Positions 29,507-39,273 of a stretch of DNA of 64,000 nt are shown here, one piece after another. The DNA lies in the NCBI GenBank assembly GCA_009664345.1, contig CP043547.1:2072709-2136708 (forward strand). The letters run 5' to 3'. A program made the translations under genes and the position numbers. The stretch's first letter is position 1; each line of letters begins with the position of its first letter. Source of the stretch: Planctomycetales bacterium 10988. Its GTDB lineage: Bacteria > Planctomycetota > Planctomycetia > Pirellulales > Pb10988. The notes beneath the pieces are model-generated. The model did not search any database and was not told the DNA's origin. It saw only the letters and a list, made by a program, of their open reading frames with translations.

Positions 29507-30850
29507 TTACTCAAAGTTATTGCTCTCTGAATCTGTTTCTTCGCCTGAAAGAATTTGACGGAAATATGCCAAGCGTTCCTGCAAAGTTCGCTCGAAGCCT
29601 CGGGCGGGTGGATCGTAATAGGTTCGTTTTTCCCCTAAATAATCTTGGGAAAGTACTCCGCGAGGGTCATTGTGTGGATAAAGGTATCCTTCGCCATGCC
29701 CCGCTTCGCGAGCCGCTTTGGAGTGGCCATCCCGCAGAGCTTTGGGAACCGGCAAGATAGGATTCTCCCGTACGTCCTTCCGAGCTGAACGAATCGCTAC
29801 CGTACAGGCGTTGGATTTCGGAGCCAAGGCCAAATAGATGGTTGCTTGGGCCAAGGCAAATTCACATTCAGGAAGTCCTACCGCCTCGCAGGCTTGCCAG
29901 GCCGCCATCGCCAGCGGGAGGGCCTGTGGGTCGGCATTTCCAATATCCTCACTTGCTAAGATCACCAGCCGACGGGCCAGAAAGCGGACTTCTTCACCGG
30001 CTTCGAGCATTCGAGCCAGCCAATAAATGGCGGCATCCGGATCGCTCCCGCGGACACTCTTGATTAATGCACTGATCACATCGTAATGTTCATCGCCGGT
30101 CGCATCATGAGGCAGGGCCTTGCGTTGCAACGATTCGCGGGCTAAAGCGAGATCGAAGGTCAATGGCCGTTTGAGCGAGGAAAGTACTCCGATTTCCAAC
30201 GCGGAGAGAGCCTGACGGGCATCCCCATCGACATTGGCCGCCAGAAAATTGGCAGCTTCTTCCGTCAGAGTAATCCTCTGTTTTCCGAAGCCCCGCTCTT
30301 TGTCGGTAAGTGCTTGCTGGAGAAGTTGCTTCACTTCATCAACTGACAACGGCTCGAAACGAAACAAACGGCTGCGGCTGACGATGGCATTGGTCAGCGC
30401 GAATGAGGGGTTTTGCGTCGTGGCTCCGACCAGAATCAAGGTGCCATTTTCCACCGCGGGCAAAAGGACATCTTGTTGGGCTTTGTTGAAGCGATGGATT
30501 TCATCGAGAAAAAGGAGCGTCCGATCTCCCCCGGAGGCCACGTGATTGTGGGCGGCTTGCAGGATTTTACGGACTTCCGCGGTACTGCTTTCCGTTGCAT
30601 TCAAGCTTTGAAAAGTCGCATTCGTCTCGCTGGCCAACAACCTCGCCAAGGAAGTTTTCCCGGTCCCCGGCGGTCCGTAGAAGATCAGCGAACCCAACCG
30701 ATCCGACTTGATCATTCGCCATAATAACTGCCCCGGAGCGAGAAAATGTTGCTGACCGATGAACTCCTCCAATGTGCGTGGCCGCATCCGAGCGGCAAGC
30801 GGTAGGACTCGCTCTAGGTTTTCGGCTTCTTCATTTTCGAACAGGGACAT
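29507..30850 (-). CDS. rarA: replication-associated recombination protein A (AAA+ ATPase)
   Basis: Walker A GPPGTGKTSLARL, Walker B LFLDEIHRFNK, and the RarA/MgsA C-terminal helical domains. Confidence 0.9.
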   Translation of the reverse strand: MSLFENEEAENLERVLPLAARMRPRTLEEFIGQQHFLAPGQLLWRMIKSDRLGSLIFYGPPGTGKTSLARLLASETNATFQSLNATESSTAEVRKILQAAHNHVASGGDRTLLFLDEIHRFNKAQQDVLLPAVENGTLILVGATTQNPSFALTNAIVSRSRLFRFEPLSVDEVKQLLQQALTDKERGFGKQRITLTEEAANFLAANVDGDARQALSALEIGVLSSLKRPLTFDLALARESLQRKALPHDATGDEHYDVISALIKSVRGSDPDAAIYWLARMLEAGEEVRFLARRLVILASEDIGNADPQALPLAMAAWQACEAVGLPECEFALAQATIYLALAPKSNACTVAIRSARKDVRENPILPVPKALRDGHSKAAREAGHGEGYLYPHNDPRGVLSQDYLGEKRTYYDPPARGFERTLQERLAYFRQILSGEETDSESNNFE

Positions 30851-30904
30851 GGGGTGGTTGGCTGGTGAAAAGGGGTTGGAAGGGGTGATGGTTAAGGAGG
30901 AACT

Positions 30905-30950
30905 TGAGAGTTAGGTTTCAGGTTTCGGGGTTCGGGTTTCAGGGGCTGGG
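30905..30950. repeat. Degenerate tandem GGTTTCAGG/GTTCGGG element related to the hairpin-repeat family
   Basis: ggctggtgaaaa...ggtttcaggtttcggggttcgggtttcagggg parallels the degenerate copy at 7345. Confidence 0.35.
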
Positions 30951-30966
30951 GATGAGCGAGAATAGA

Positions 30967-31010
30967 AAACGAAACTCCTTCTCTTAGGATAACCGAGGAG
31001 AAGGAGTTTC
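30967..31010 (-). terminator. Rho-independent terminator of the flotillin gene
   Basis: Minus-strand reading: gaaactccttctcctcggttatcctaagagaaggagtttc (12 bp stem) followed by gttttctattc. Confidence 0.5.
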
Positions 31011-31043
31011 AGAATAGTTTATAGATTGATAGTAAATAGAGTG

Positions 31044-32987
31044 TTAGACGACGGGGTCGTCGGTTGAAGGTTTCGGCGTTGTCCCGTTCTTCTTGGCTTT
31101 GGAAGATGGTTTTGTAGTGGTGGTTTTCTCGGTGGAGCCATTCGGGGTTTCCGATTTTCCGAAACGTTGATTGGCTTCGGAAAGGAATGAGTCCAAGAGT
31201 TGCTTGGCTTCACCAGGGAGCGTGTCGAGGAACCCATCGGCAGCGATCCCGACGCTGGCGGCTCGCATGAAGTTTTGCGACATTTTGCCCATCGTTTCGG
31301 GATCGCCAAAGATTTGCATATTCGCTTTGGAAAGCATTTGGCTCATTGCTTCGGCGGAACGGACACGGACATCGCGTTCGGCGTCGATGCGGAGTTTTTC
31401 CAACTCGAAATTGAGGGCGGCTTCTTCGAACTCTTGCTTGTTGGCCAGGCTTTCGCGTTCGACTTCCACCCGGGATTGCTCGACTTTGACGCGTTCGGAA
31501 TCGACTTGGACATCGACCATCTTAAGGGCTTGTTCCCCTTCGGCTCGTTTCTTGGCTGATTGGGAATCCCCTTCGGCGAGACGGAGCTTGGCCTCGTATT
31601 GCATATCGGCGGCTTGGCGTTCGGCTTCGGCTTCCTTCACTTTCATATAAGCCATGACGTCGGCTTCGGTCTCCTCGCGAATCCGGTTTTCTTCGATCGT
31701 TTGCTTGGCGGCGATCAATTTCTTTTCGGCTTCGCGACGGGCTTCGGCGGTGACTTCGACGGTCTTCACCTCTTGGTTGGCCGATTCCCGTTCCGATTCG
31801 GCTTTGAGCATTTCAGCTTCGGCCGCGGCTCGCTCGCGTTCCTTCATCGCCACGGCGACTTCTTGCGAACGCTTGGCGACTTCGACGGCTTGACCTTTTT
31901 CAATCTCGGCCGTTTCAAAATCGCGGGACTTGGCGACGAGGGCGATTTCTTTATCTTTCTCGGAAGCCTCGACCGCGAGGGTTCGTTCGACGTCGGAAAG
32001 CTCGATGGCCTTGCGTTTGGCAATTTCGCGTCGAGCGACGACTTCTTCTTGTTCGATGGAGTATTCGCGGGTTTCGCGGTCTTTACCTGATCGGAAGTTG
32101 GCCACCTGCATCCGTTGTTCGGCTTCGAATTCGGCCTCGTCCCGCTCCATGTCGAGGACCCGTTTGCGGGTTTCCACGTTCGTGGCGACGACTTCTTGTT
32201 CGGAAGAACGCTCGATATTATTGCGTTCGACACGGGCACGCTGGGTGATCTCGGCAATCTTTCGTAACCCTTGAGCGTCGAAAACATTATTCTCTTCAAG
32301 GCTGGCGGAGTTCGTTTGATCAAGGGCGGAGATCGTGACCGATTCCAAAGTGAGACCGTTGGAGGAAAGATCATGCGTGACAATTTGCTGCACGGCGGAG
32401 GCAAATTCATCTCGTTTTGAGTGCAATTCGACCAAGTCCTTCGTGGCGGCCACCGTTCGCAAGGCACTGATTAATTTTTCTTGAACAAGTTCGCTGACTC
32501 CACCGGGATCGATACTGCGGCCCCCAAGCGATCGGGCGGCTTGCAAAATATCTTCAGTGTTTGCTTGGACTTTGATATAAAATTCCGCCGAGAGATCGAC
32601 GCGAAGATTGTCCTTCGTAATCAAGGCATGCGGGCCACGACGTTCGACATTCAGCCGCATGGTCTCGAGAGAAATCGGAATGATTTGGTGCATGACGGGA
32701 ATGAACAAAGCCCCGCCATCGAGAATCACCTTGGCTCCGCCTTGGCCAGTTCGGACAAAGGCCTGATTCGCCGAAGCCTTGCGATAAAGCCGCGTAAAGA
32801 CAAAGATCGCAAAGGTCGCCAGCACGAGCAATGCCCCGAAGAGGCTGATCAGAACTTTGACCGTGGTTGGAATGGATTGAACAGTTTCATCCGTCAAAAC
32901 CCACGGCGCGAAGATCAAACCTACGCCCGCTAACATCAAAAACAACAGACTTCCCATGGTGCAGTCCCCCCAATGGTGTTCCCTCAA
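31044..32987 (-). CDS. flotillin-like SPFH/band-7 protein with long coiled-coil tail
   Basis: N-terminal TM, SPFH domain (AFVRTGQGGAKVI...ETMRLNVE), then a roughly 300-aa E/A/K/R-rich coiled coil. The likely start is MGSLLF at about 32957. Confidence 0.8.
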   Translation of the reverse strand: MREHHWGDCTMGSLLFLMLAGVGLIFAPWVLTDETVQSIPTTVKVLISLFGALLVLATFAIFVFTRLYRKASANQAFVRTGQGGAKVILDGGALFIPVMHQIIPISLETMRLNVERRGPHALITKDNLRVDLSAEFYIKVQANTEDILQAARSLGGRSIDPGGVSELVQEKLISALRTVAATKDLVELHSKRDEFASAVQQIVTHDLSSNGLTLESVTISALDQTNSASLEENNVFDAQGLRKIAEITQRARVERNNIERSSEQEVVATNVETRKRVLDMERDEAEFEAEQRMQVANFRSGKDRETREYSIEQEEVVARREIAKRKAIELSDVERTLAVEASEKDKEIALVAKSRDFETAEIEKGQAVEVAKRSQEVAVAMKERERAAAEAEMLKAESERESANQEVKTVEVTAEARREAEKKLIAAKQTIEENRIREETEADVMAYMKVKEAEAERQAADMQYEAKLRLAEGDSQSAKKRAEGEQALKMVDVQVDSERVKVEQSRVEVERESLANKQEFEEAALNFELEKLRIDAERDVRVRSAEAMSQMLSKANMQIFGDPETMGKMSQNFMRAASVGIAADGFLDTLPGEAKQLLDSFLSEANQRFGKSETPNGSTEKTTTTKPSSKAKKNGTTPKPSTDDPVV

Positions 32988-33146
32988 GGTGTGAATAGAT
33001 CAAGATTAGCCCTTTAGAGAATTTTTCCTCGCCCAATCCTTACGATCACTCCATGTGTCTCCGACAGCGGATCGAGGAAGAAACCTTCTACGCTTCAAAA
33101 TCGTCGGGCTTCTTGTATAACGCGGAATAAGGAGAACAGGATCAGA

Positions 33147-34151
33147 TTATTCGTCAGGCAAATCCCCACGAACGACCCAATAAAACCCTCCTTCTTCATC
33201 ATAGTCCACAGTTAGGACCGTGCTGTTTTTTGGTAAAGGTTCTCGGTCGGGATAGGTGCGACATTGAATCTGTTGCAGGCCGCCATCGCGGGCACGAATC
33301 TGAGCGAGGCCGAATTTGTCGTCAATCGCAAAGACCGCCGTTCCGGTAATTCCGGTCATTTGACGACGTTTCTGAGCACTTGAATAGGTTGTCGGGACGA
33401 GATGCCCCATCCATTCGGCCAGATAGTGCGTGCCTAAAAGAGAGCCAAACATGGCCAGAGGCAGAGAGAAAAAGACGACCACTGCGGGCAGATGTTCAAC
33501 AGCCCCGGCCGTCAGTGGATTGGTTGCCAAGAGGACATTGACCGAAAAACCGATCGCCGTCCATAAAAAACATAGCAGGGCCAGAAGGATACTGAGCGGC
33601 GTTTTACCGACGCCCAGCCACATCAATCCTCGCAACCAGGGATTGGTAATGACCCGTTCGCGTGCCATTTTCGCTCCGGTTTCGGCAGCGTCAAGCGGAT
33701 GATGTTGCGAAGAGACCGAGGCCGTCGAAGGGTTCTCCTGCCCCAAAGGCGTGTTCCCAAGCGGATGATAATCCTCGATCGATTCGAACGTTCCGGTAAG
33801 GTGCATGTCGGGACCGGTTTCTTGATCGTAATCGGGTGACATGGCGGTATTGATGCTCATGTCGTTATCCATAACTGGGGAATAGTGCTGCATGGTGGAA
33901 GGTTCCGCCTCCACGCTGCTGGCCGTTTCCATCTCCCCATTCGCTTCGACTTCCGCTGGTGCCTCGACTTCGGCAAGCTCCGCCGTTTCCATTTCGGCCT
34001 CGGCAGCGGCTTCCAGCTCGGATTCAAGTGCTTCTCCAAAACTAATCCCGGTTGCCGCGTAGAGGACCATATAGATCAACGCCACGAAAAAAGGCAGTAG
34101 GAAAATTAAATTCCACCAACCGGCGAACCAAGCATAGTCTAGCGATTCCAT
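33147..34151 (-). CDS. YqiJ/NfeD-like membrane protein (flotillin partner)
   Basis: Multi-TM protein whose C-terminus GITGTAVFAIDDKFGLAQIRARDGG...TVLTVDYDEEGGFYWVV looks like the NfeD OB-fold. It is directly upstream of the flotillin gene, as in yqiJ-yqiK pairs. Start placed at MESLDYAWF (gagga RBS 7 nt upstream). Confidence 0.5.
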   Translation of the reverse strand: MESLDYAWFAGWWNLIFLLPFFVALIYMVLYAATGISFGEALESELEAAAEAEMETAELAEVEAPAEVEANGEMETASSVEAEPSTMQHYSPVMDNDMSINTAMSPDYDQETGPDMHLTGTFESIEDYHPLGNTPLGQENPSTASVSSQHHPLDAAETGAKMARERVITNPWLRGLMWLGVGKTPLSILLALLCFLWTAIGFSVNVLLATNPLTAGAVEHLPAVVVFFSLPLAMFGSLLGTHYLAEWMGHLVPTTYSSAQKRRQMTGITGTAVFAIDDKFGLAQIRARDGGLQQIQCRTYPDREPLPKNSTVLTVDYDEEGGFYWVVRGDLPDE

Positions 34152-34682
34152 CGAAGAATCCTCGTCGTCTAAAAGCCACTCGTTGGCGAGTCTTACCTGA
34201 AAGGTCTTTCTTTCCACTAGGGAGAGAGCCAATCGTCCAATGGTCCAGACTATCAAACCCAGAAGCCACAGGGGTTCCTAACCGGGACCGCCTACAATCG
34301 AAAACCGTACCCGTCTGGAGGATACCCGATTCCCTAGCACGCTTGAAGTTTCTGAAGGCGGGATTTTTGCTAAATCCTAGCTTTTTTCATCGGGCTTGGT
34401 TGTGCAAACGGCTAGAAAGAGAGCAGTGGGCAACTTTTCAAAAGGGTTGGCTTCCATTCTAAATAGAAAGCTTTCCCAAAGGAAAATAGTTTTCGAGAAA
34501 TTCTCTCTCTGGATTCGATCCGAAAGAGACCTTTTCTGTGAAAACGAAGCAGAACGGCATTTGGATCAAGCCCTGGTTCTGTTTCCCCCATTCTCAAGCG
34601 AATCGAGATCTTTTATAGTAAACAGATCATCGTTCCTTGTTGTAAAACGCAGGGAACGCCTTCTTCCCCACGTTAAACTTTC

Positions 34683-35156
34683 TTGATAGAGGGCCTCGCA
34701 CTCATGGCGGAGAGCAGAAGTCGAATCCTGATCGCGGATGATCATGAAGCCAATGTCGAACTCTTGGAAGCTTATCTGGCAGGGCTCGATTGCGACGTCG
34801 ATATTGCCACTGACGGTCAAGAAACGCTGGAAAAGGTGGCTTCGTTCAAGCCGGACCTGATTTTGCTCGACGTGATGATGCCCAAACGAAGCGGCTTTGA
34901 AGTTTGTGAACAAATCAAAAAGAACCCGGAAACCCGCGGCATCATGATTTTGATGGTCACCGCCCTCAATCAACTGGGCGACATTGAACGGGCCGTTTCC
35001 GCGGGCACCGATGATTTTCTCAGCAAGCCTGTCAATAAAGTGGAATTGATCAAACGGATCGAAAACATGCTCAAACTCCGACATGTGACCGATGAGCTGG
35101 AACGGTTACGCCGTTACATTCAGCAAGTCGATCGTGATCGCGATCCAAATGCCTGA
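34683..35156 (+). CDS. stand-alone response-regulator receiver domain (CheY-like)
   Basis: ILIADDHE, phospho-acceptor LLDVMMP, T (LMVTA) and K (SKP) positions. No output domain. Confidence 0.8.
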   Translation: MIEGLALMAESRSRILIADDHEANVELLEAYLAGLDCDVDIATDGQETLEKVASFKPDLILLDVMMPKRSGFEVCEQIKKNPETRGIMILMVTALNQLGDIERAVSAGTDDFLSKPVNKVELIKRIENMLKLRHVTDELERLRRYIQQVDRDRDPNA

Positions 35157-35251
35157 GTGCATCGAAGGTCAAAACTCAACAGAAACAGAAAGGCACTTGG
35201 CAAAGGTGACTTTCAAGTACTTTTTGACCACCAACACGAAAAAGGCTTTTC

Positions 35252-36496
35252 ATGTCTTCCTCTGATCCTTCTGAATTAGAATCCGAACGCGAATCGACCT
35301 CCGCGGCGGGATTGCCCCAGGTGCGGATTCGCCCTCGGAAAGAAGGAACGTTTCTCGCCGGGCATCCTTGGGTGTTGGCTCGCTCCATCGGCAAAATCAA
35401 CGGAGCCCCCAAACCCGGCGATGAGGTCGAGGTTTGCCGACATGATGGCCGGTTTATCGCGTATGGCATCTTCAATCCACTAAGCCGCATTCGCGTGAGG
35501 CTCTATAGTCGCGACACCGAGCAGCCATTGGACGAGACCTTTTGGAAAGGTTCCATCCAGCGAGCCATCAGCTTACGCGAGCAACTTGGTTTGCTGGAAC
35601 CCCATGGAGCTTGCCGCTTAATCTTTAGTGAAGCCGACGGCCTGAGCGGATTGATTGTTGATCGCTATGCCAAGCATTTGGTCATTCAATTGACCTCGCT
35701 GGCATGGTATTTACGACGTGAGTCACTCCTTCAGGTTCTGGAAAAATTGCTCCAACCGGAATCGGTTCGTATTCTCTGCGATCCAAGCATTCAACGGGTC
35801 GAGGGCATCGTCGATTTTGAAGAAGAGCTTTATGGCGAAGAGGCATCCGGTCCGCTGTTCATCGAAGAACACGGTATTCAATATGGGATCGATTTGCAGC
35901 AAGGTCAAAAGACCGGCTTCTATCTCGATCAACGCGACAACCGCCGAGAGGCCGCCGCCTTCACGGAAGGAAAGGAAGTTCTCGATATTTGCTGTTATTC
36001 AGGGGGCTTCAGCTTATGTGCCGCCAAGCTCGGAGGGGCCGCATCCGTATTGGGGGTGGATACGAGTCAACGGGCGGTCGATATGGCCAGGGCGAATGCG
36101 GAACTGAATGAACTTCGCCAAGTGCAATTCGAAGCCGGCGATGCCTTCAAGACACTCGACAATCTGCAAAAGCAAGGCAGAACATTCGATGTGGTCATGC
36201 TCGATCCGCCGAAGTTCGCCGGTTCCCACCATCAAGTTCCTTCAGCGTTGCGGGCGTATCATCGGCTCAACCGCCTAGGCGTTTCCTTGCTGAAACCGGA
36301 AGGAATCTTGATCACAAGCAGTTGTTCCGGGCATGTCACCGCGGAAGATTTTCAAGAGATGCTTGCCGGGGTTTCGCAGAAAAGCCGCCGTGAAATCCAA
36401 GTCCTGCAACAAAAAGGAGCCGCCCCTGATCACCCTGTTTTGCTGGGGTGTCCCGAGACGGCTTATCTCAAATGTTTCTTCTGCCGAGCTTGGTAA
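35252..36496 (+). CDS. rlmI: 23S rRNA (cytosine-C5)-methyltransferase RlmI-like (PUA plus class I SAM MTase)
   Basis: N-terminal PUA-like region, SAM motif VLDICCYSGGFS, and VVMLDPPKFA motif IV. Confidence 0.75.
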   Translation: MSSSDPSELESERESTSAAGLPQVRIRPRKEGTFLAGHPWVLARSIGKINGAPKPGDEVEVCRHDGRFIAYGIFNPLSRIRVRLYSRDTEQPLDETFWKGSIQRAISLREQLGLLEPHGACRLIFSEADGLSGLIVDRYAKHLVIQLTSLAWYLRRESLLQVLEKLLQPESVRILCDPSIQRVEGIVDFEEELYGEEASGPLFIEEHGIQYGIDLQQGQKTGFYLDQRDNRREAAAFTEGKEVLDICCYSGGFSLCAAKLGGAASVLGVDTSQRAVDMARANAELNELRQVQFEAGDAFKTLDNLQKQGRTFDVVMLDPPKFAGSHHQVPSALRAYHRLNRLGVSLLKPEGILITSSCSGHVTAEDFQEMLAGVSQKSRREIQVLQQKGAAPDHPVLLGCPETAYLKCFFCRAW

Positions 36497-36551
36497 CGGA
36501 ACCGAAAAGTCCCCTGTTCTAATCTACTTTCCAGGCTTTCCAAAAGTAGTT

Positions 36552-39011
36552 TTAGGATTCTTCGCCGTTTGAAGCTGCTTCCTGCTCTTCGCTTTCGGTC
36601 CCTTCCGCAGGAGATTCCGTTTCTTCAGGATCGAGTGTGGCAACTTCGACCATCAGGACTTCGACGGTAATCGGGCCATCGGCAGTCGCCGCGCGATCGA
36701 CATCGCCCTTTTTCTCCAAGACAATTTCGCAAACCCGTTGACGCCCAGGGGCACTGCCTGGCATGCGACGACTATCAAGCCATCGGGTGGCGTCCCGCCC
36801 TTCTCTTTCCATGGGTACGCCTTCTTTGTCGAAGTAACGCTTCCGGGGTTGAGGAGAAAATTGACCCGCTAATTGATTGGAAACCGCTGCGTAACTCGCT
36901 TCGCCTTCCAATTTCAGATAATGAACCACCAGCGGCTGGGCTTCAAAGTCGGAGCTAGAATATTCCCAAGCGTGTCGATGTTCGGCAGTCACTCGCAACC
37001 CTTCGGGAACTTCGGTCGGTCGTTGATTTTCGGAAGAATCTTGCAGGAACATCGCCCCGGTAGCACTCATCAAGAACAGTTCGCCATAGCTCGCAGGCAA
37101 AGCAAAAGCGGTCTGAATCGAATTCGATGGACGCTCTAAAAAGCTAAGCCGATTAGGAGAATTTGCTGCTTTCTCGAAGCGATCCATTTGAAATTGGACA
37201 AAATCCCAAGACGCATCATACCAATGATTGAGTGGATTATTTGAAGTTTCCGGATCGATATTCACGCGACGAAAGTAAGGGCGGCGGACAAGCTCGGGCA
37301 ACTTCAAAACCAACAACATGCCGGGATCGGACCATTGAAGCGGAGTACCGCTGGAACCGCCAGAGCCAAAAGCCCCGCCTGAACCTCGAGCGGCAAAGTA
37401 GGTTGCGAAGCCTTCGAAGTCACGGCGATAACGATAAACTTTCCCTTCCATCTGCTTGCGGGAAGTTGTCACCGGCATCGTCGTGACGAGTTGCAAAAGC
37501 TCAGAAGCCTCGGCAGAGGAACGGTTGTTTGCATCGTCCTTTTCGGACTCCTCGACCATATTTTCCAGCCGGGTCCAAAAGTAATCGACCGTCTCGGGTT
37601 GCCATAATGTTTCAGCGGTCGCCTGAACTTCTTTTTGTTGTTGCTGGGCGATCGCTTCCGGCGAACGCTGCCGATTATTTCCTCTGCCGAAGGAGCTAGA
37701 GCCACCCCCGGAAAACGCCGAATTCGTGGAAGAAATATTCTCTGCCAGTCCCGCCGCAAGATTGAGAGCGGATTCACTTTGTTGCTTGAAGAAGGAAGGA
37801 TAACGCTTTTCCTCTTCATCACTCAAACGACCCTCACGATACAGGGCGATCTGCACGGAGAGAAAACCGGGGTGCGGTTGTTTGAGCATTTCCTTGACTT
37901 TCCGCCCGACCTGTTGCGGTAATTCTTTATCCAGATAGGCCTGGGCGAGTGACTGGCGAAGTCCAATCGAATCCGTCCGCGAAAGCTGATCCAACGTCCA
38001 ATTCACCAGGGATTGCGTCGAAAAGCCGGAAGTTCCTTGACGAAGTTCATCCGGCTTGATCATGACATCCAACCAGATTTGTTCTCGGGCTTCGCTCCAA
38101 TCTCGGCTCATTGATTCCAGGGCCAATTGCACCGCAGGCAGGTCTTTGCCGAGGGTACCAAATTTCCCCGCGACGACATCACCCAAAGCCTGGTCGGAAA
38201 CGTTCGTACTATCGTCTCCCAGTGCCTCAATGATCGGTCGGGCCAAGGCTAAGTCCGCACCGCTCGAAGGGGTCGAAGGTGCCGAAGGTGCCCCAAAGGG
38301 ATTGTTTTGGGCAGGCTTCGGCGGGGCACTTCCAATCGCTTCTAACAATTCAACCAAAAACGCTTGGGATTTTTCGTCGGAATCCGCGGTATTGATATAG
38401 GACTGAATTGCATTGCCAAAGCGGGAATCATTCTGCTTGATCGCGGTAAGAAAATCCTCCGGCTGTTTCCACTCCTCTACATTTTGCGGAAGGCTGACTT
38501 GCGACTGCCCATCCGTTCCTGTTGATCCCTCCATCCGAGGAGCAAAGGGATTCTCTCCATAAGCCGGTGCCGAAGGAGTGAAAGGACTGTCACCTGCGGT
38601 TGGGGCTTGCGGGAGGCTCGAAGTCGGAGGATTGACCGGCGTAGAGGTTGGGGGATTAGGAGTTTCCGGAGTTGCGGTGGGAGGATCGCCTTCGGGAGGG
38701 GTCATTGAATTCTCCGTAGGTGCCGTTGGGGGGCCACCAAATGGGGACGTAGAATTCTCTCCCGCCCGAGGGGCTTTCGCTGACGGAGCCACTGGGGTTT
38801 CCGGTTGAACTTGTGAAGCTTCGGTCAACGAATCATCGACCGATGAAGAACTTCCCGCAGAAAAGATAATATAAACGACAATCAATAGCGAAAGTGCCAC
38901 CAAGACTCCCAGTCCCCCGAGGACCGCGGGATGCTTGATCAAGTTGACTTCTTCGGCAGGTTGAGAAGGATGTGTAGGCATGAGGGCGGACTCCTTCGCA
39001 TCTGAATGCAA
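36552..39011 (-). CDS. large membrane-anchored hypothetical protein with Pro/Thr-rich stalk
   Basis: One N-terminal TM (VLVALSLLIVVYIIF), about 150 aa of P/T/S-rich linker, then about 600 aa of unknown domain. Confidence 0.6.
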   Translation of the reverse strand: MHSDAKESALMPTHPSQPAEEVNLIKHPAVLGGLGVLVALSLLIVVYIIFSAGSSSSVDDSLTEASQVQPETPVAPSAKAPRAGENSTSPFGGPPTAPTENSMTPPEGDPPTATPETPNPPTSTPVNPPTSSLPQAPTAGDSPFTPSAPAYGENPFAPRMEGSTGTDGQSQVSLPQNVEEWKQPEDFLTAIKQNDSRFGNAIQSYINTADSDEKSQAFLVELLEAIGSAPPKPAQNNPFGAPSAPSTPSSGADLALARPIIEALGDDSTNVSDQALGDVVAGKFGTLGKDLPAVQLALESMSRDWSEAREQIWLDVMIKPDELRQGTSGFSTQSLVNWTLDQLSRTDSIGLRQSLAQAYLDKELPQQVGRKVKEMLKQPHPGFLSVQIALYREGRLSDEEEKRYPSFFKQQSESALNLAAGLAENISSTNSAFSGGGSSSFGRGNNRQRSPEAIAQQQQKEVQATAETLWQPETVDYFWTRLENMVEESEKDDANNRSSAEASELLQLVTTMPVTTSRKQMEGKVYRYRRDFEGFATYFAARGSGGAFGSGGSSGTPLQWSDPGMLLVLKLPELVRRPYFRRVNIDPETSNNPLNHWYDASWDFVQFQMDRFEKAANSPNRLSFLERPSNSIQTAFALPASYGELFLMSATGAMFLQDSSENQRPTEVPEGLRVTAEHRHAWEYSSSDFEAQPLVVHYLKLEGEASYAAVSNQLAGQFSPQPRKRYFDKEGVPMEREGRDATRWLDSRRMPGSAPGRQRVCEIVLEKKGDVDRAATADGPITVEVLMVEVATLDPEETESPAEGTESEEQEAASNGEES

Positions 39012-39273
39012 AGCCTTTCAGATAGAAGTTTCCACGGAAACCGCCGGGACTAAGCCCAATAATCAGGGCGGAACTTCACCAAAAGGCTTGGGGGAAACCA
39101 ACGATCTCAAGCCCGATCGTCGGTGTTAAATATCTCTGCAAAAACAAGCCGGAAGCGAATTCTCTCGATCACTACCACGAGAATCCCGGCGTTTTGATCC
39201 AATCAATTATGGATGATAAATCATCTCAAGGAGCGAAAGGAATTGCAGGGCCACCTGTTGGGATTCAGGACAC

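Noticed and set aside
31171-32274. Several plus-strand ORFs (Gly/Phe- or Ser/Ala-rich)
   Set aside because: Antisense translations of the Glu/Ala/Lys-rich coiled-coil region of the flotillin gene; low-complexity artefacts.
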